From contig QPMI01000049.1 in NCBI GenBank assembly GCA_004431415.1, positions 279,245 through 343,244 on the forward strand: 64,000 bases of DNA, read 5' to 3'. Under the pieces are notes generated by a model. It had not been told where the DNA came from and searched no databases. It saw nothing but the letters and a program-made list of their open reading frames with translations. This document shows, in pieces, positions 39,120 to 50,219 of the stretch. Position numbers and translations under genes: made by a program. The DNA is from Cyanophora paradoxa CCMP329 (lineage: Eukaryota > Plantae > Glaucophyta). How positions within the stretch are numbered: position 1 is the stretch's first letter; each line of letters begins with the position of its first letter.

Positions 39120-42100
39120 CGAGTCTCCTGCGGCCGCAGCCGCGGCCGCGGCTGAAGACGACATCGCGACGCCTGCAGCGCGCTGGAGCACACGCGGCTC
39201 GATCGCCGACGCTGTCAAGCACCGGTCGGAACCGTCCGGGCGGACCAGAGCACCTGGAGCGGCGTGCCTCGCTGGATTCCGCAGGTTACAGGCCTGCGGC
39301 GGGCCGGCGGCGCTCTAGCTAGAGAAGCAGAGCTCCGATGAAAAAAATGTTGAATTCACGTACGCGGCAACGATGGCTGGGCCAGCCTTCCTGGCGGTGG
39401 CTGCGCCGGCGGCGATCCCTCGTGCCCTGCAGTCAGCGGCGGATGCACACTCAACTTCTTGCACCAGCCGTCACATCGCGTCCTTCGACAGGTGCGAGGA
39501 TCCGTGCGCCCAGACCTCGTGCGCAACCATATGCATGCATATAGGCTGCGAACCGCTCGATCCTTTAGCGAGCAGCATCGCGCTAGCTCCGCTAGCGGTG
39601 CCCGGCATGGATTCCGCCAGCTGCGCTCGCCCGAGCGCGCGCGCGCGGCCCTGGCCAATCGAGATGCGAACGCTCCCACGCACGCGCTGGCCACCGTCGT
39701 GACCTCTGCCGCCCTTCGCGCAGGTCCCGGAAGCGCCGCGCACCACTGCAGCGGAGCTCCTTCGCGATCGAATTCTAGATCTAGATCTAGATCGTCTGCA
39801 TCGATCTAGATCTTGTCCGATGCGCATGCGGGAAGCGCTTAAGCACGTGAAGCAGCCGAAGCACTAGAGCGCAGGAAGAAGGCCCGCGCCGACGCATACG
39901 CCGCGTTCCGGTGCGCGCCTGCAGCTGCAGCGCGTATAGCTGGCCGCGGCCTCGATCGCGAGCTCGGCGCCCGCCGCGGGCCGCGCGCGGCGTTGACGTA
40001 CGCGTTTCGCTTACGCTCTCGGCTTCTGACGGGACTCCGGTTCACGCAGACGCGAATTTTATATTTAATTAGACGCGCAGTTACGAAGTGTCGTCGTGCA
40101 CGTGCCGGTGAGCACTGCGGCAAGCTCAAGTAAGCACGTCCGGATCCGCGCCGCGTGCGCAGCGCCGGCGCGGCTGAACCCGCGGCCGGCGCTTCGCCCA
40201 CACTGTGACAGATGGTGCCCCGCAGCTCGAGGGCCGCCCCTCGGCGCGCCCCGCTCGCCGCCCCGCCCGCCGCCTCGGCTTTCTCGACTGGAGCTCGAGC
40301 TCGAGGTTCGCAGGACGGGCCCCGGCAGCGCCGCCGCCCGCCCGGCCCCGCGCCGACGCTGCTGACGCCCTCTGCGGTCGGCAGGCTGCAGGGCCCCGGG
40401 GGCCGACCCCAAGCCCGAGGCGGGCGGCCCGTGGGGGCGGTACACGGGGTCCAGAGGTGCGCCACGCCTGAGCAAACCCCGGAACTAGGCTTTGAATGAA
40501 CTAAATGAATTCGAATAAGAAACCGTATACGTATCTCATAATCACAATAAGCCCGGCGGCCCGTCCGCTAAGCCCCTCTCATGCCATGGCCCTGCAGGAG
40601 GTGATGCACGTGCACAGGGCCTGGCTCTGCCAGACTGCACGCCGCCCCGCCTGCCGCCCCGCCTGCCGCCGGCCGCCTGCCACCGGCCGCCCGCTTCAGC
40701 TTCTTCGACTCCAGGTTGGCCGAATCTGCCGCCCCGGAGCCTAGCAGTGCGCCTCCAATTTTGCAAGTAAGCCCGAGCTTATGATCATGATCAGTAAGCC
40801 CGCCGCGCCCTTACATATGCCGTGGCCCCGCAGGAGGTTGTGTGATCATGATGTGCGGGGCACGGGGCCCACTTTCCGCGCCGCCCGCCACTCCATGACC
40901 AGCTTTTTCGACTCCAGGTTCGCAGGCCTAGGTCTAGGGGTCCGCCGTGCGCCCCGCCCCGGCCGGCCACGGCCGACGCTGCTGCTGCCCCCGTCTGCAG
41001 GGGCGACCTCACGCCCGGGCCTCTTACCTCTCGATCGAGCTCGCTGCCCAGGCGGACCTCGACGCCCGCGGCGGATCCGGACCGGAGCTACCAGCTCAGT
41101 GCGCCCCGCGGTAGAGCCAGCACGTGCACTGCGCCCCGACTGAGGCGAGCTCGTTTAATTTAAATATAAACTGACCCCGGCTCGGCGGTCCGCCCCGCCG
41201 CGCTCTACAGCTAGCGCCCTGATTGCAAGGGGGGGTACCCCCTCCCTTGCTCCCCTGGTGAGTTGGTGCGGCGTACTTTCTGTGTTAGCAATTTTTGTAA
41301 GATGAGATTCTTTGCATGCACTCTCGTATAGGTGTGATCGCACCATAGCCACTGCGAGCGGCGGGAAAAAATGCAATGGCGGGGCTGCGCAAACATGTCG
41401 AAGCCGCTCCTCACCTGCTATTGCTATATGCGCCAAACCACGTGCTCCTGATTGCTCTTAATGCGCTCTACAAAATCTGTCATACATGCCTGGGCTCGAG
41501 AAGCGGCGCGTCGCGCGCTAGGCCGCCTCAAGTACCTGTTGTACCGGGCGCCGGAAAAAGTGCTCCTGAGAGTTTCGGCCGATATCGTGTTGCAGTACCC
41601 GTGACTCGAAGGGGGGAATGGAGCAGGGGGGAATGGATCGGAGCATGGATATGGGTGGCTGGCGCCAGCGCTCCACCGGTACCTGCAGCTGGACCGGACG
41701 AAGCAGCAAGCGAAGCAGCTGTGCATGAGCTCGCAGCTCCGTTCGCGACGCCGCGTTCCGGGCCGCGGCGTTCCGCCTACGCTCTCGGTTTCTGACGTTC
41801 GAGAATTCTGCGTACTACGGTAGGCGGAGCGTCGTGCCGAGCTCGAGGCGGACGAGGGCCGCCGGCACCGTGCGGGCACAGCCGCGCGCGGATGCATATG
41901 CGCTCCTGGTGGCGAATGCGGGAACAGTCGCCCTGGCCTGGTGGCGGAGAGCGCCCTGGTGGCGGAGAGCGCCCGGGGCCGGAAGATAACGAAGGACGCC
42001 GCGCGACGCCGGCTGTACATGTGTGCGCGGCGCTGCGCGCCCGCGACCGCGGCGTTTTGCCAACGCTAGCGCTCTCGGTTTCTGACGGACTCTGATCATG

Positions 42101-43286
42101 ATCAAGCAGACTCCAGCTTGATGCATATGTTGTCAAGCGCAGTTCAAGCACGGGGCGGGTCGCCACTTGCACGCGGGGCGCCTCGGCCCCACGTATGCGT
42201 GGCTTGAATTCGAACCGCGCGCGGCCGGCGCTCCGTAGCAGAGTGTACATGTGCACGTGGCGGCCGCAGCGTCGCAGCATGCGCAGCTGCTCCTACAGCT
42301 AGTACGTCGCGCCGGACTCCTACAGCTGACGCCTCGCGATCGGCCCTGGGGCGAGCTGACGCCTCGGCCCTGCGCAGGCGATGCGCAGGGCCCGGCGCCA
42401 CCTGCCCCTCAGGGCCTCCGCCCGCTTCCCCGCCCGCTGCCCTGCCGGCTGCCTCAGCGCCGTCGACTCCAGGTTCGCTCCGCCGCTGCTGCCGCGCACC
42501 TGCATGCGCTGGCCCGGCCGCCCCCGCTGGGCCCCGCCCCTGCACGGCCGCCGTCCGGGGCGAGCTGACGCCTGTGCAGGCTATGCGCATGTGCAGGCTA
42601 GGCGCAGGGCCCGGCGCCACCTGTCTCTCCTCCCGCTTCTCCGCCCGCCGCCGCCTTAAGCTTCGCCTGCCTGCTTGCCAGGCTTGCCCGGTGCCGCCGC
42701 CCGCGACGCCACCCCACCTGCCCGCCTCGCCACCCCACCAGCCTCGCCCGGCCGCGCCGCCCGCCTCGCCTCTCTGCCCCCCCCCCCCCCCCCCCCCCAA
42801 GTACCCTGCAATGTACATGTGTACCAGTACCCCCTTGCACCTCCGCGCGCGCCCGCACTTGCCGCTCTTGCACAGGGCCGGGCGCGGTCTGCTAGTGTAC
42901 ATGTGCGCTAAATTCCATCACTGCCATCGGATGCGTAACATCCCCCTCCCGCCTCCCCTCCTTCCCCCCCCCCCCCCCCCCCCCCGCCCCCCTCCTCCTC
43001 TTGCACCTCGCGCCGCGGCGCGCGCGGCCTGCACGTGAACTGCAACTGTGCGTAGTGTGGGGGGCCCGCAGCCGGGCGCCCCGCCAGTAATTACTCCACT
43101 CCTACATGTACAGTATGATGCACCGAATCGTCGGTGTCACACGGTGATCATGATCACAGTCATGATGCACCGTCATGATCGTGCACGTGAAACGTCGGTG
43201 ATGCACGCGGTGACGTCAGGGCCGGTACCGGTGAATCGGCGGTGATCCGATGATCTGACTCTTTAATTCTTTAAATATCAATCGTT

Positions 43287-43590
43287 TACTATAAAAAAGG
43301 TTTCGTCCGACGGTCGTCGGAAGTATATCATATGGTATAGTCGTCCGACGGGCCGGCGACCGTCGGACGGCCCGGCCGGCGACAGGCCGGCGACGGTCCG
43401 ACGGTCCGGGACCGACTGGGAGTCTGGGAGACTGGGACTCCGGGAGTCTGGGACTCGGTCCAGAGTCTGGGACCCGGGAAGAGTCGGGGAATACGAATTA
43501 AGACCCGGCCGGCCGGAAGTCTCCGGCGACTCTCCGCGGATCCCGGAAGCGTCCGACGGGCGGAACTCGTTGACGAAGAGTATATACATA
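43287..43590. repeat. CCGACGG-repeat-rich segment, possible transposon end remnant
   Basis: Several direct and inverted GTCCGACGG / CCGTCGGAC motifs follow TACTATAAAAAAGG. Confidence 0.35.
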
Positions 43591-43942
43591 CAATGATATT
43601 ATACATCGTCTGGATTGACTCTACATAATAATGAGCTCGAGAGTGGATTCAATGACACCGTGGCACAATTGGCTTGTTTTTGAACCGTTTAACATTATTA
43701 GTCTTTCAAGTTTGTGAGCTTGTCACTCATGAATCACTGAGTCATATACTAGTAGATCATGATCGATATACTAAGATTCAGTCACTGAGTCTCCGACTCT
43801 CCGCTGCACTGCGGCAACTTCGAACTTCGGAATTCGCCGGCAAGGTTAAGCCTGCAAGTTGGCTGCAACTTGCCTCAACTTGGGCCCTCAAGTTGCCTGC
43901 CGAACTCAGTGATCATGACTAGTACAGTAGTAGTACTGTCTA

Positions 43943-44190
43943 CTGTAGAACTAGAAATATTTAGTGGGCTGCATAATTATAGTACTAAAAGTTTTTGGAC
44001 GATCTATATAGCTACTAAATATATTTTCCCGCCTGCTAAAAGCCGAGAATTCTTAGGGGTAGTCCCGTCTCCGCCATACAAGAAGCCCCGCGAAGACTGA
44101 CCTACTAAAATTATACCAGCTGCTGAAGCGGCAGTTTTGGCAAATTAAAGCACTAATTATTTTCCTGTACTAAATTAACCAGTTCTACAG
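43943..44190. mobile_element. MITE-E (TA TSD)
   Basis: TIR CTGTAGAACT / AGTTCTACAG, extending imperfectly to ATTTAGT. TA on both flanks. AT-rich interior. Confidence 0.8.
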
Positions 44191-44981
44191 TACTGCGGGC
44201 CTGCGGCCCGGCGGCCCCGGGCCCCGGCCCACCGGTGCCGGGCCCTGCCGGCCCCACTGCCGGGCAGTGCCGGCCCTGTGCCGGGCTCGCGGCCCGCGTC
44301 ACGGCCCGCGTGTGACGGCGATCCGATGATCGCGCGAGGACCGCGGCGAGGTACGGTCCGTACTATACTACGGTACGGACCGTACTACGGTACGGTACCG
44401 CCGGGCCGGCGCCGGCAGCCCCGTACGGTACTACGGTAGAGCCGGGTAGACATGTCCGTCCGGCCGCCGGGCCGCGGCCCGGCGCCGCCGGCCGCGGCGG
44501 CGCCGCGGGACTCGGGAGCCTTCAAGCTTCCGAGTTCGGCGCGAGAGGCGGCGCCGCGGCGGGACCCTTCGAATTCAGCTCCGTATATCCGATGATCTGG
44601 GATCTAGTATATTAGTAGTATATAGTATACGTACGCGTGCGCCGCGCACGTGCATGTGCATGCAGACCTGGACTCCGGGAGCGGCGCCGGCGCGTACAGG
44701 TTGAAAACAGCGATAGCGATAGCGGCGCGTACAGATTAACCGGTTGAAAACAGCTTGTGATATTTTACGCTGTTCTTTTCACCGCGGCACAGCTTAGCAG
44801 CGGTGCTGCAGCTCCCAGCGGCTGCGGTGCACGCACGGAGATGCCAAGGGAAGCTGCCGTACGCCGTTTCCGGCGTACGCGTGCGCCAGCTGCAGCTGCA
44901 GACGCCGACTGCAGCTCGAGCTCGGTTACATTACCAGATCCCGGACATGTACATCGACGTCCCACGGCGCGCACACGCTTG

Positions 44982-47442
44982 ATGCAAATGGCGACAGACC
45001 CAGAGACTTCGGATCCGACTTCTCATGCATATGATCATTGTAGCATCGGCTATGGCCGCGTTGACAGGATTTGCCGAGCTCGGTCTTTTGCCGTGGCTGT
45101 ATTGATTGTTCTGGCGATGTTTGCCTTCGCGCCAGTGACAAGGTCCCAGATGACCATGACAGGTACGCCCCTGAGCTTTCTCCATTTGCGATGCCGCGCG
45201 TGCGCGCAATTGGTGTTCAGTGAAGAGACTCAGCGACTCGGATCGCGGTCGCGCAGTTGAGAAACCCGTGATTACGAGCATTTTTCCGACTGGAGGGAGC
45301 ATTGCGGGAGGGCTCAGGTATGCAGACAACCGGCGTATGCGCGGCAAGTCCTGGCTTGTACTAAGCACATTTTGCACCTTTATCAGATTGACCATCAAAG
45401 GGACTGGGTTTTCGCCATACAGGGGCGACATGAAAAGGTGCGACGATCAATCATTAAAAGCCGCATCGCGCACGTGTGCCTCTCCTTTCACCGTACCTTG
45501 ACCACGCGCATGCGCATGCGCAGCTTCAACGACGTCCGCGTGGGAGGAGCGCCCTGCGATGTGGTCAGCGCGCGCCCGGCACTCTTCATTTTCGCCCCGC
45601 GCCGTGATCTAGATCTGACGAATGACAACTGCTGGCGCGCAGGTTCTTTTCCCGGCAGTCCAGCAAGCAGGTGCATCCTAGGCCTGCAGCTAGCGCTGCC
45701 AACGTCTGTACCTGGCTGACCTTCGGAATCGATACCATTGACATCCATCTATGCGCTGTTATTGTGCAGACCCATGCACCACGATCCACCAAATTGTCTG
45801 CATCACTTCGCCAAGGCCTTGTTACAAGGAGTCTGCGACTGATACCGAACTGCTTCTCTGTGAAGGAGATGTGCGCATGCCCATGCGCCGGGAATGACAG
45901 CGCCCTAGGCCTATATCAAGGCCTGCATATGAACGATGTAAGCTTGCAATTTTTGAGTTCCGCTTGCAGGTCGATGTGGTGGTCAACGTGGTGGAAGGAG
46001 ACACGATTCAGTCGACAACTGCTTCATCCAAGTTCCGGTACAAATATAAATCGTCAAAGTGCGTCGTCCATTGCGATGGCTTCGATGCACGTGCAAATAT
46101 GAATGTGCGCTCAACGTGCGTCTTCGCCCCAGCATGCCACTTTTCAAGTACGTAGAACCGTCATATGGCAGTTTTGGCGACAAAGCCACGGTAAGTTTTG
46201 ACGACTAATCTCTAGATCTGCGAAATTCGATGCTCTGGTTTTCGATGGGAATCCGATACTGATTAACACATCGACGCAACACTCTATTCTTCGAATCAGG
46301 TTCACATTGATGGTAAGCGATGGGCTGGAGCTCTTTGAATAAATTCCCGTCGATTTTCGCTGATCGCGGGGCTGCTCGTTTCGCAGGCACAACGTACGCC
46401 CCCAAGGACCGGTTCTGTAATGATCGTGCTGCCTGAAACTAGCCACACTCTTTCTCGCAGCACCTGGTATTATGTTGCGAATGGGGCGAACGGTGATGGC
46501 ATGCAGAACATTGCGATCACCACCGGCAACCAGGAGGGTCGCTTCGTTCTTCGCAATCTCTCTGCACCGTATGCACGCACGCGCAGCTCTTTGAATTTCG
46601 CCCCGAGACTCACGTTGCGTTTTCAAGGGACCGCGGGTGGTTGCAGCCTGTAGAGGAGTTGGACCCGGTCACCGGCAGGGCCACTGTGTAGTGCGTACTG
46701 CGGACATCTGCTAAACTTCCTGCCGCCCTTTGTTTCTTTTCTGCCGCATTTTTTCCTCTTTTGCCGCATCCTTTATTGGACATGCGATCCGGCATCTTTT
46801 TCTTCTTCTGCCGCCTAGGCTGGCAAAGCACCGCTTAAACTTTTGTCTAGTTCCCTTGGCATTGTCTTGCTGAAGGTCTCTCGCGCCGTATGCAAACGCT
46901 TTCGCTTTCGCTGATCACGAGCAACGACGTACACTCAGCAACTTCGCAACGGGTCTCGTGGGTCAGAGCGCCGCGGGATCGTACGTTCTTCGAATTCAGG
47001 CAAGCAGTGCCGGGCGGGGCTCGCTTTCTTTTCTGTGATTGAACTTTCTGTATTCGCAGTTCGACAACGCACCCGATCCTTCCGGCTATGCAATCGTTCG
47101 CGAGAGCAGCAAGCAAATGGACATCCGGGGCAATCGCTACACATTCCAGGTGCGAACACGTGTGCGATCCTGATCATGTTCTACGATGCGAACTGACGTC
47201 CGGATCCCTTGCAGGTCGTCCCTTCAATCAACGCTGTGTCTGCTTCGCGCTCTTCAACTGAAGGAGGACTGCAAGTCACAATCACCGGCACGAACTTTGC
47301 GGGCAGCGCCGTCGCGACGACTGCGAGGGTCTCAGGCGTCGAGTGCCCCGTCAGCTACTCGACCTGGGACACGGTGGTTTGCACGACGAGCAGGGGCACG
47401 CCGCCTGCGGGCGGGCAGCTCGAGCTCTTCCCCGGCTCCCGA
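44982..47442 (+). CDS. Fibrocystin-L/PKHD1L1-like IPT/TIG-repeat surface protein, 5' part; interrupted by a transposon
   Basis: Hydrophobic leader AVAVLIVLAMFAFA. TIG repeats PVITSIFPTGGSIAGG..LTIKGTGF..VRVGGAPCDVVS and PSINAVSASRSSTEGGLQVTITGTNF...VSGVECPV...VVCTT. Then ELFPGSR, comparable to the YPGGRG motif after the early TIG repeats of fibrocystin-L, is cut at 47442. Confidence 0.75.
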
Positions 47443-47461
47443 CACTGGGAGCCAGAAATTA

Positions 47462-47660
47462 AGTTTACCATATGGTAAACTTAGGGTGTGGTAAAGTTGT
47501 GCTGTTTGCGTTACACCACTGTAAAGTCACCAGGGTAAAGTCGCCGGGGTAAAGTCAGGGTGGTAAAGTTGTGAAAAGCGGGGTAAAGACGTCGGTGTAA
47601 ACTCGCCGAGGTAAAGTTGGCGAGGTAAAGACGTCGGGGTAAACTCGCCGAGGTAATGTT
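47462..47660 (+). repeat. Subterminal repeat array (about 12 GGTAAA(G/C)-type motifs, first one inverted)
   Basis: AGTTTACC, then GGTAAACT, GGTAAAGT, TGTAAAGT, GGTAAAGT, GGTAAAGA and so on, mostly spaced 13-18 bp apart. Typical of CACTA transposase/TnpA binding arrays. Confidence 0.85.
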
Positions 47661-47929
47661 GGTTTCGGTGCAGCGGTTCACTTTTTTACGTTTTTTTGCT
47701 TTTTTTTATTTTTTCTGTAAAAGCTATCTATAGCAGCCCATCTTCAAGCGATACTGCGCGCGAGCTCTATCCTAGAGCTAGCTAATCGGTTTGATGAATG
47801 CTTCGTATTCCTGAAATCTGCAGCTGGGACGGAATTCTTCTTATTTGCGTGCGCATGCGGACTGGCGGGATGCGCACCAGCCTGGCAGTCATTAATCAAG
47901 CTCATCTCCACCAACCTGGCTGCGGTGCG

Positions 47930-49290
47930 TAGTCATCTCCTCCTCGTCCGACGACAAGCCGGACTCATCCCATCAGGAATATTTGATGCCACTGCTGCAG
48001 CTGATTTCCCTGTGGCAAGTGTGACCAGCAGGTCCAGTGGCTCTGAACGTGATGAAGATCCTTGCTGAAGTGTCACGTCCATTGCAGTCTCCTCCTGCAT
48101 CATGATGTTGCAGCAGCGACACAAGGAGAGGAGAGTTAAAGAATGAACGAACCAGGAGACGGACATTAGCGTCCTTGAAGAAGCGACCGTAATCGGCAGT
48201 CGCTCTTTCGAACTCGGGATTCTGAACGCGATGGAGCGAAGAATCGGCTTCAAATCGGCGCGCGATCTCTGCCTCATCAGCCTCGTTCTGTCGATGCCGA
48301 GATTGCTGCTCGGCCTGCTCAGCCTGAAGCTTCTTCATGTCCTCATCATTCGAATTCTGACTGTCTTGGCTGGCTGCGTTCGACTTTGCTCTCATCTCTT
48401 CCTCCTCCAGCTGCCTCTTGTCCTTCCGCTCTTCCTTTTCGCTTCAAAGGCGTCGCGGTACACCCATTGCTCAATGACCCAGTCACCAGGCACATGAATC
48501 TACGGAATCATGAGTCAAAGTGCTAGCCGTCCAGTATTTCATATACTTCTTACCACGTCACTGCGACTCTTTGCCAGCAAATCGTGCAGCTTGTTGCTTG
48601 AGCCGAATCCGAGCTTATCAGCGACCAAAGTCGGTGGCGTCGGCGAAACTCCAAGCCAGTATGCCCTGAACAAAAGACGTCAAACATGTCGCGGATTTTT
48701 GCATTATTGATGCGCAATCACATCATATCCTGATCCGCGACTGTGTCTTTCAGAGGAGTATACACTCCGTAGATGGATACTCTTGAAGATCGTATTCTTG
48801 CAAGCATGGCGCGTACCTGCATTGGAAAATCATAAACATAATGCTTGATGCGAGAAAGACAACAATTGAATGGCGCACGACCCCAAACATGAAATGGCCT
48901 GGCTTCGTGCGGAATCCGAGGAAAGCGGGAACAAGGAAGCCTTTCTCGGTCTTCTCCCAGTGCGTAACGAGAACGCCGCCAGGGTCCGTTCTCGAGTTTG
49001 TACTCCAGCCGGAGTTCAGTACGAATAGCGTCTTCTGACCAGAAGGGGGCTCGGCCTCGTGCACTTTCCAGATCCAGATCCCGGAGATCCGGCTGGCGGC
49101 GGCGGCTGAAACGGGAGTTTGACGAGGACCCGCTGATTCCGCTCCCCATTCGCCTCGTTGTGCACTTTCTGAGAGTCGAATTCCAACTCGTCTTTGAGCT
49201 TGAGAGCAGCTAGCACATCGCGACGGATTCGCTGGTCTTCCGTCTTGCTTCGCTTGGCTTTCGGAGCCTCCATCTGCGGCATATGCAAGT
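47930..49290 (-). CDS. Transposon-internal hypothetical gene A (spliced, frameshifted)
   Basis: Coding-like exons MEAPKAKRSKTEDQRIRRDVLAALKLKDEL, FWSEDAIRTELRLEYKLENGPW, AYWLGVSPTPP and a charged coiled segment. No family recognised. Confidence 0.55.
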
Positions 49291-49546
49291 CAATAAGCGC
49301 ATATGCAAGTCAATAAGCAGACATATGCAGCCGGCAAGTTTCACCCACACCGCCAATGTCGAACTGGAATTCAGCGAATCGTGATCAGCCCCCCCCCCCC
49401 CCCCCCCCCCCCCGAAAGAGAAAATCCCGAAAGAGAACCCTCGAAAACCGCATGACAAAATAAGAAGTGCAAAACGCTCGCAAAGCAAAAGCGCAAAGCG
49501 GCAATTGAGACGCAAGTGAATTCGCAAATGTGACTTGAGCGACTGC

Positions 49547-50212
49547 GTCCATCTCGAACACCTAGCTGCACCGGTCAGGTTGCCGGGTTCCGGACCTGCC
49601 CGTGCACGTGTCGACTTCCTCTCTTTGCAGAGCCCGGGCGTACGCCGTCCATCTCGAACACCTAGCTGCACCGGTCAGGTTGCCGGGTTCCGGACCTGCC
49701 CGTGCACGTGTCGACTTCCTCTCTTTGCAGAGGCCCGGGCGTACGCCGTCCATCTCGAACACCTAGCTGCACGGTCAGGTTGCGGGTTCCGGACCTGCCT
49801 GTGCACGTGTCGACTTCCTCTCTTTGCAGAGGCCGGCGTACGCCGTCATCTCGAACACCTAGCTGCACCGGTCAGTTGCCGGTTCCGACCTGCCCGTGCA
49901 CGTGTCGACTTCCTCTTCTCTTTGCAGAGGCCCGGCGTACGCCGTCCATCTCGAACACCTAGCTGCACCGGTCAGGTTGCCGGTTCCGGACCTGCCTGTG
50001 CACGTGTCGACTTCCTCTCTTTGCAGAGGCCGGGCGTACGCCCTCCATCTCGAACACCTAGCTGCACCGGTCAGGTTGCCGGTTCCGGACCTGCCGTGCA
50101 CGTGTCGACTTCCTCTCTTTGCAGTCGACTTCCTCTCTCTGCAGAGGCCCGGGCGTACGCCGTCCATCTCGAACACCTAGCTGCACCGGTCAGGTTGCCG
50201 GGTTCCGGACCT
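49547..50212. repeat. Tandem array of about 6.5 copies of a ~100-bp unit
   Basis: Unit GTCCATCTCGAACACCTAGCTGCACCGGTCAGGTTGCCGGGTTCCGGACCTGCCCGTGCACGTGTCGACTTCCTCTCTTTGCAGAG..CGTACGCC begins near 49547, 49647, 49748, 49845, 49944, 50043 and 50162. Confidence 0.95.
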
Positions 50213-50219
50213 GGCTCTG

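Noticed and set aside
39373-43000. Possible small genes and local repeats between the bZIP gene and MITE-E
   Set aside because: Only short exon-like fragments and imperfect local duplications are present. No coherent gene model or family motif could be supported.
4814-43038. Many long Arg/Pro/Gly/Ala-rich six-frame ORFs
   Set aside because: These are artefacts of very high GC (few stop codons) running through introns or antisense to real spliced genes.
47462-47660. Telomere-like or CRISPR repeat
   Set aside because: Short motifs with irregular spacing directly inside a CACTG terminus fit transposon subterminal repeats.
49547-50212. CRISPR-like array
   Set aside because: Units are head-to-tail copies with no unique spacers, no cas genes are present, and the context is eukaryotic.
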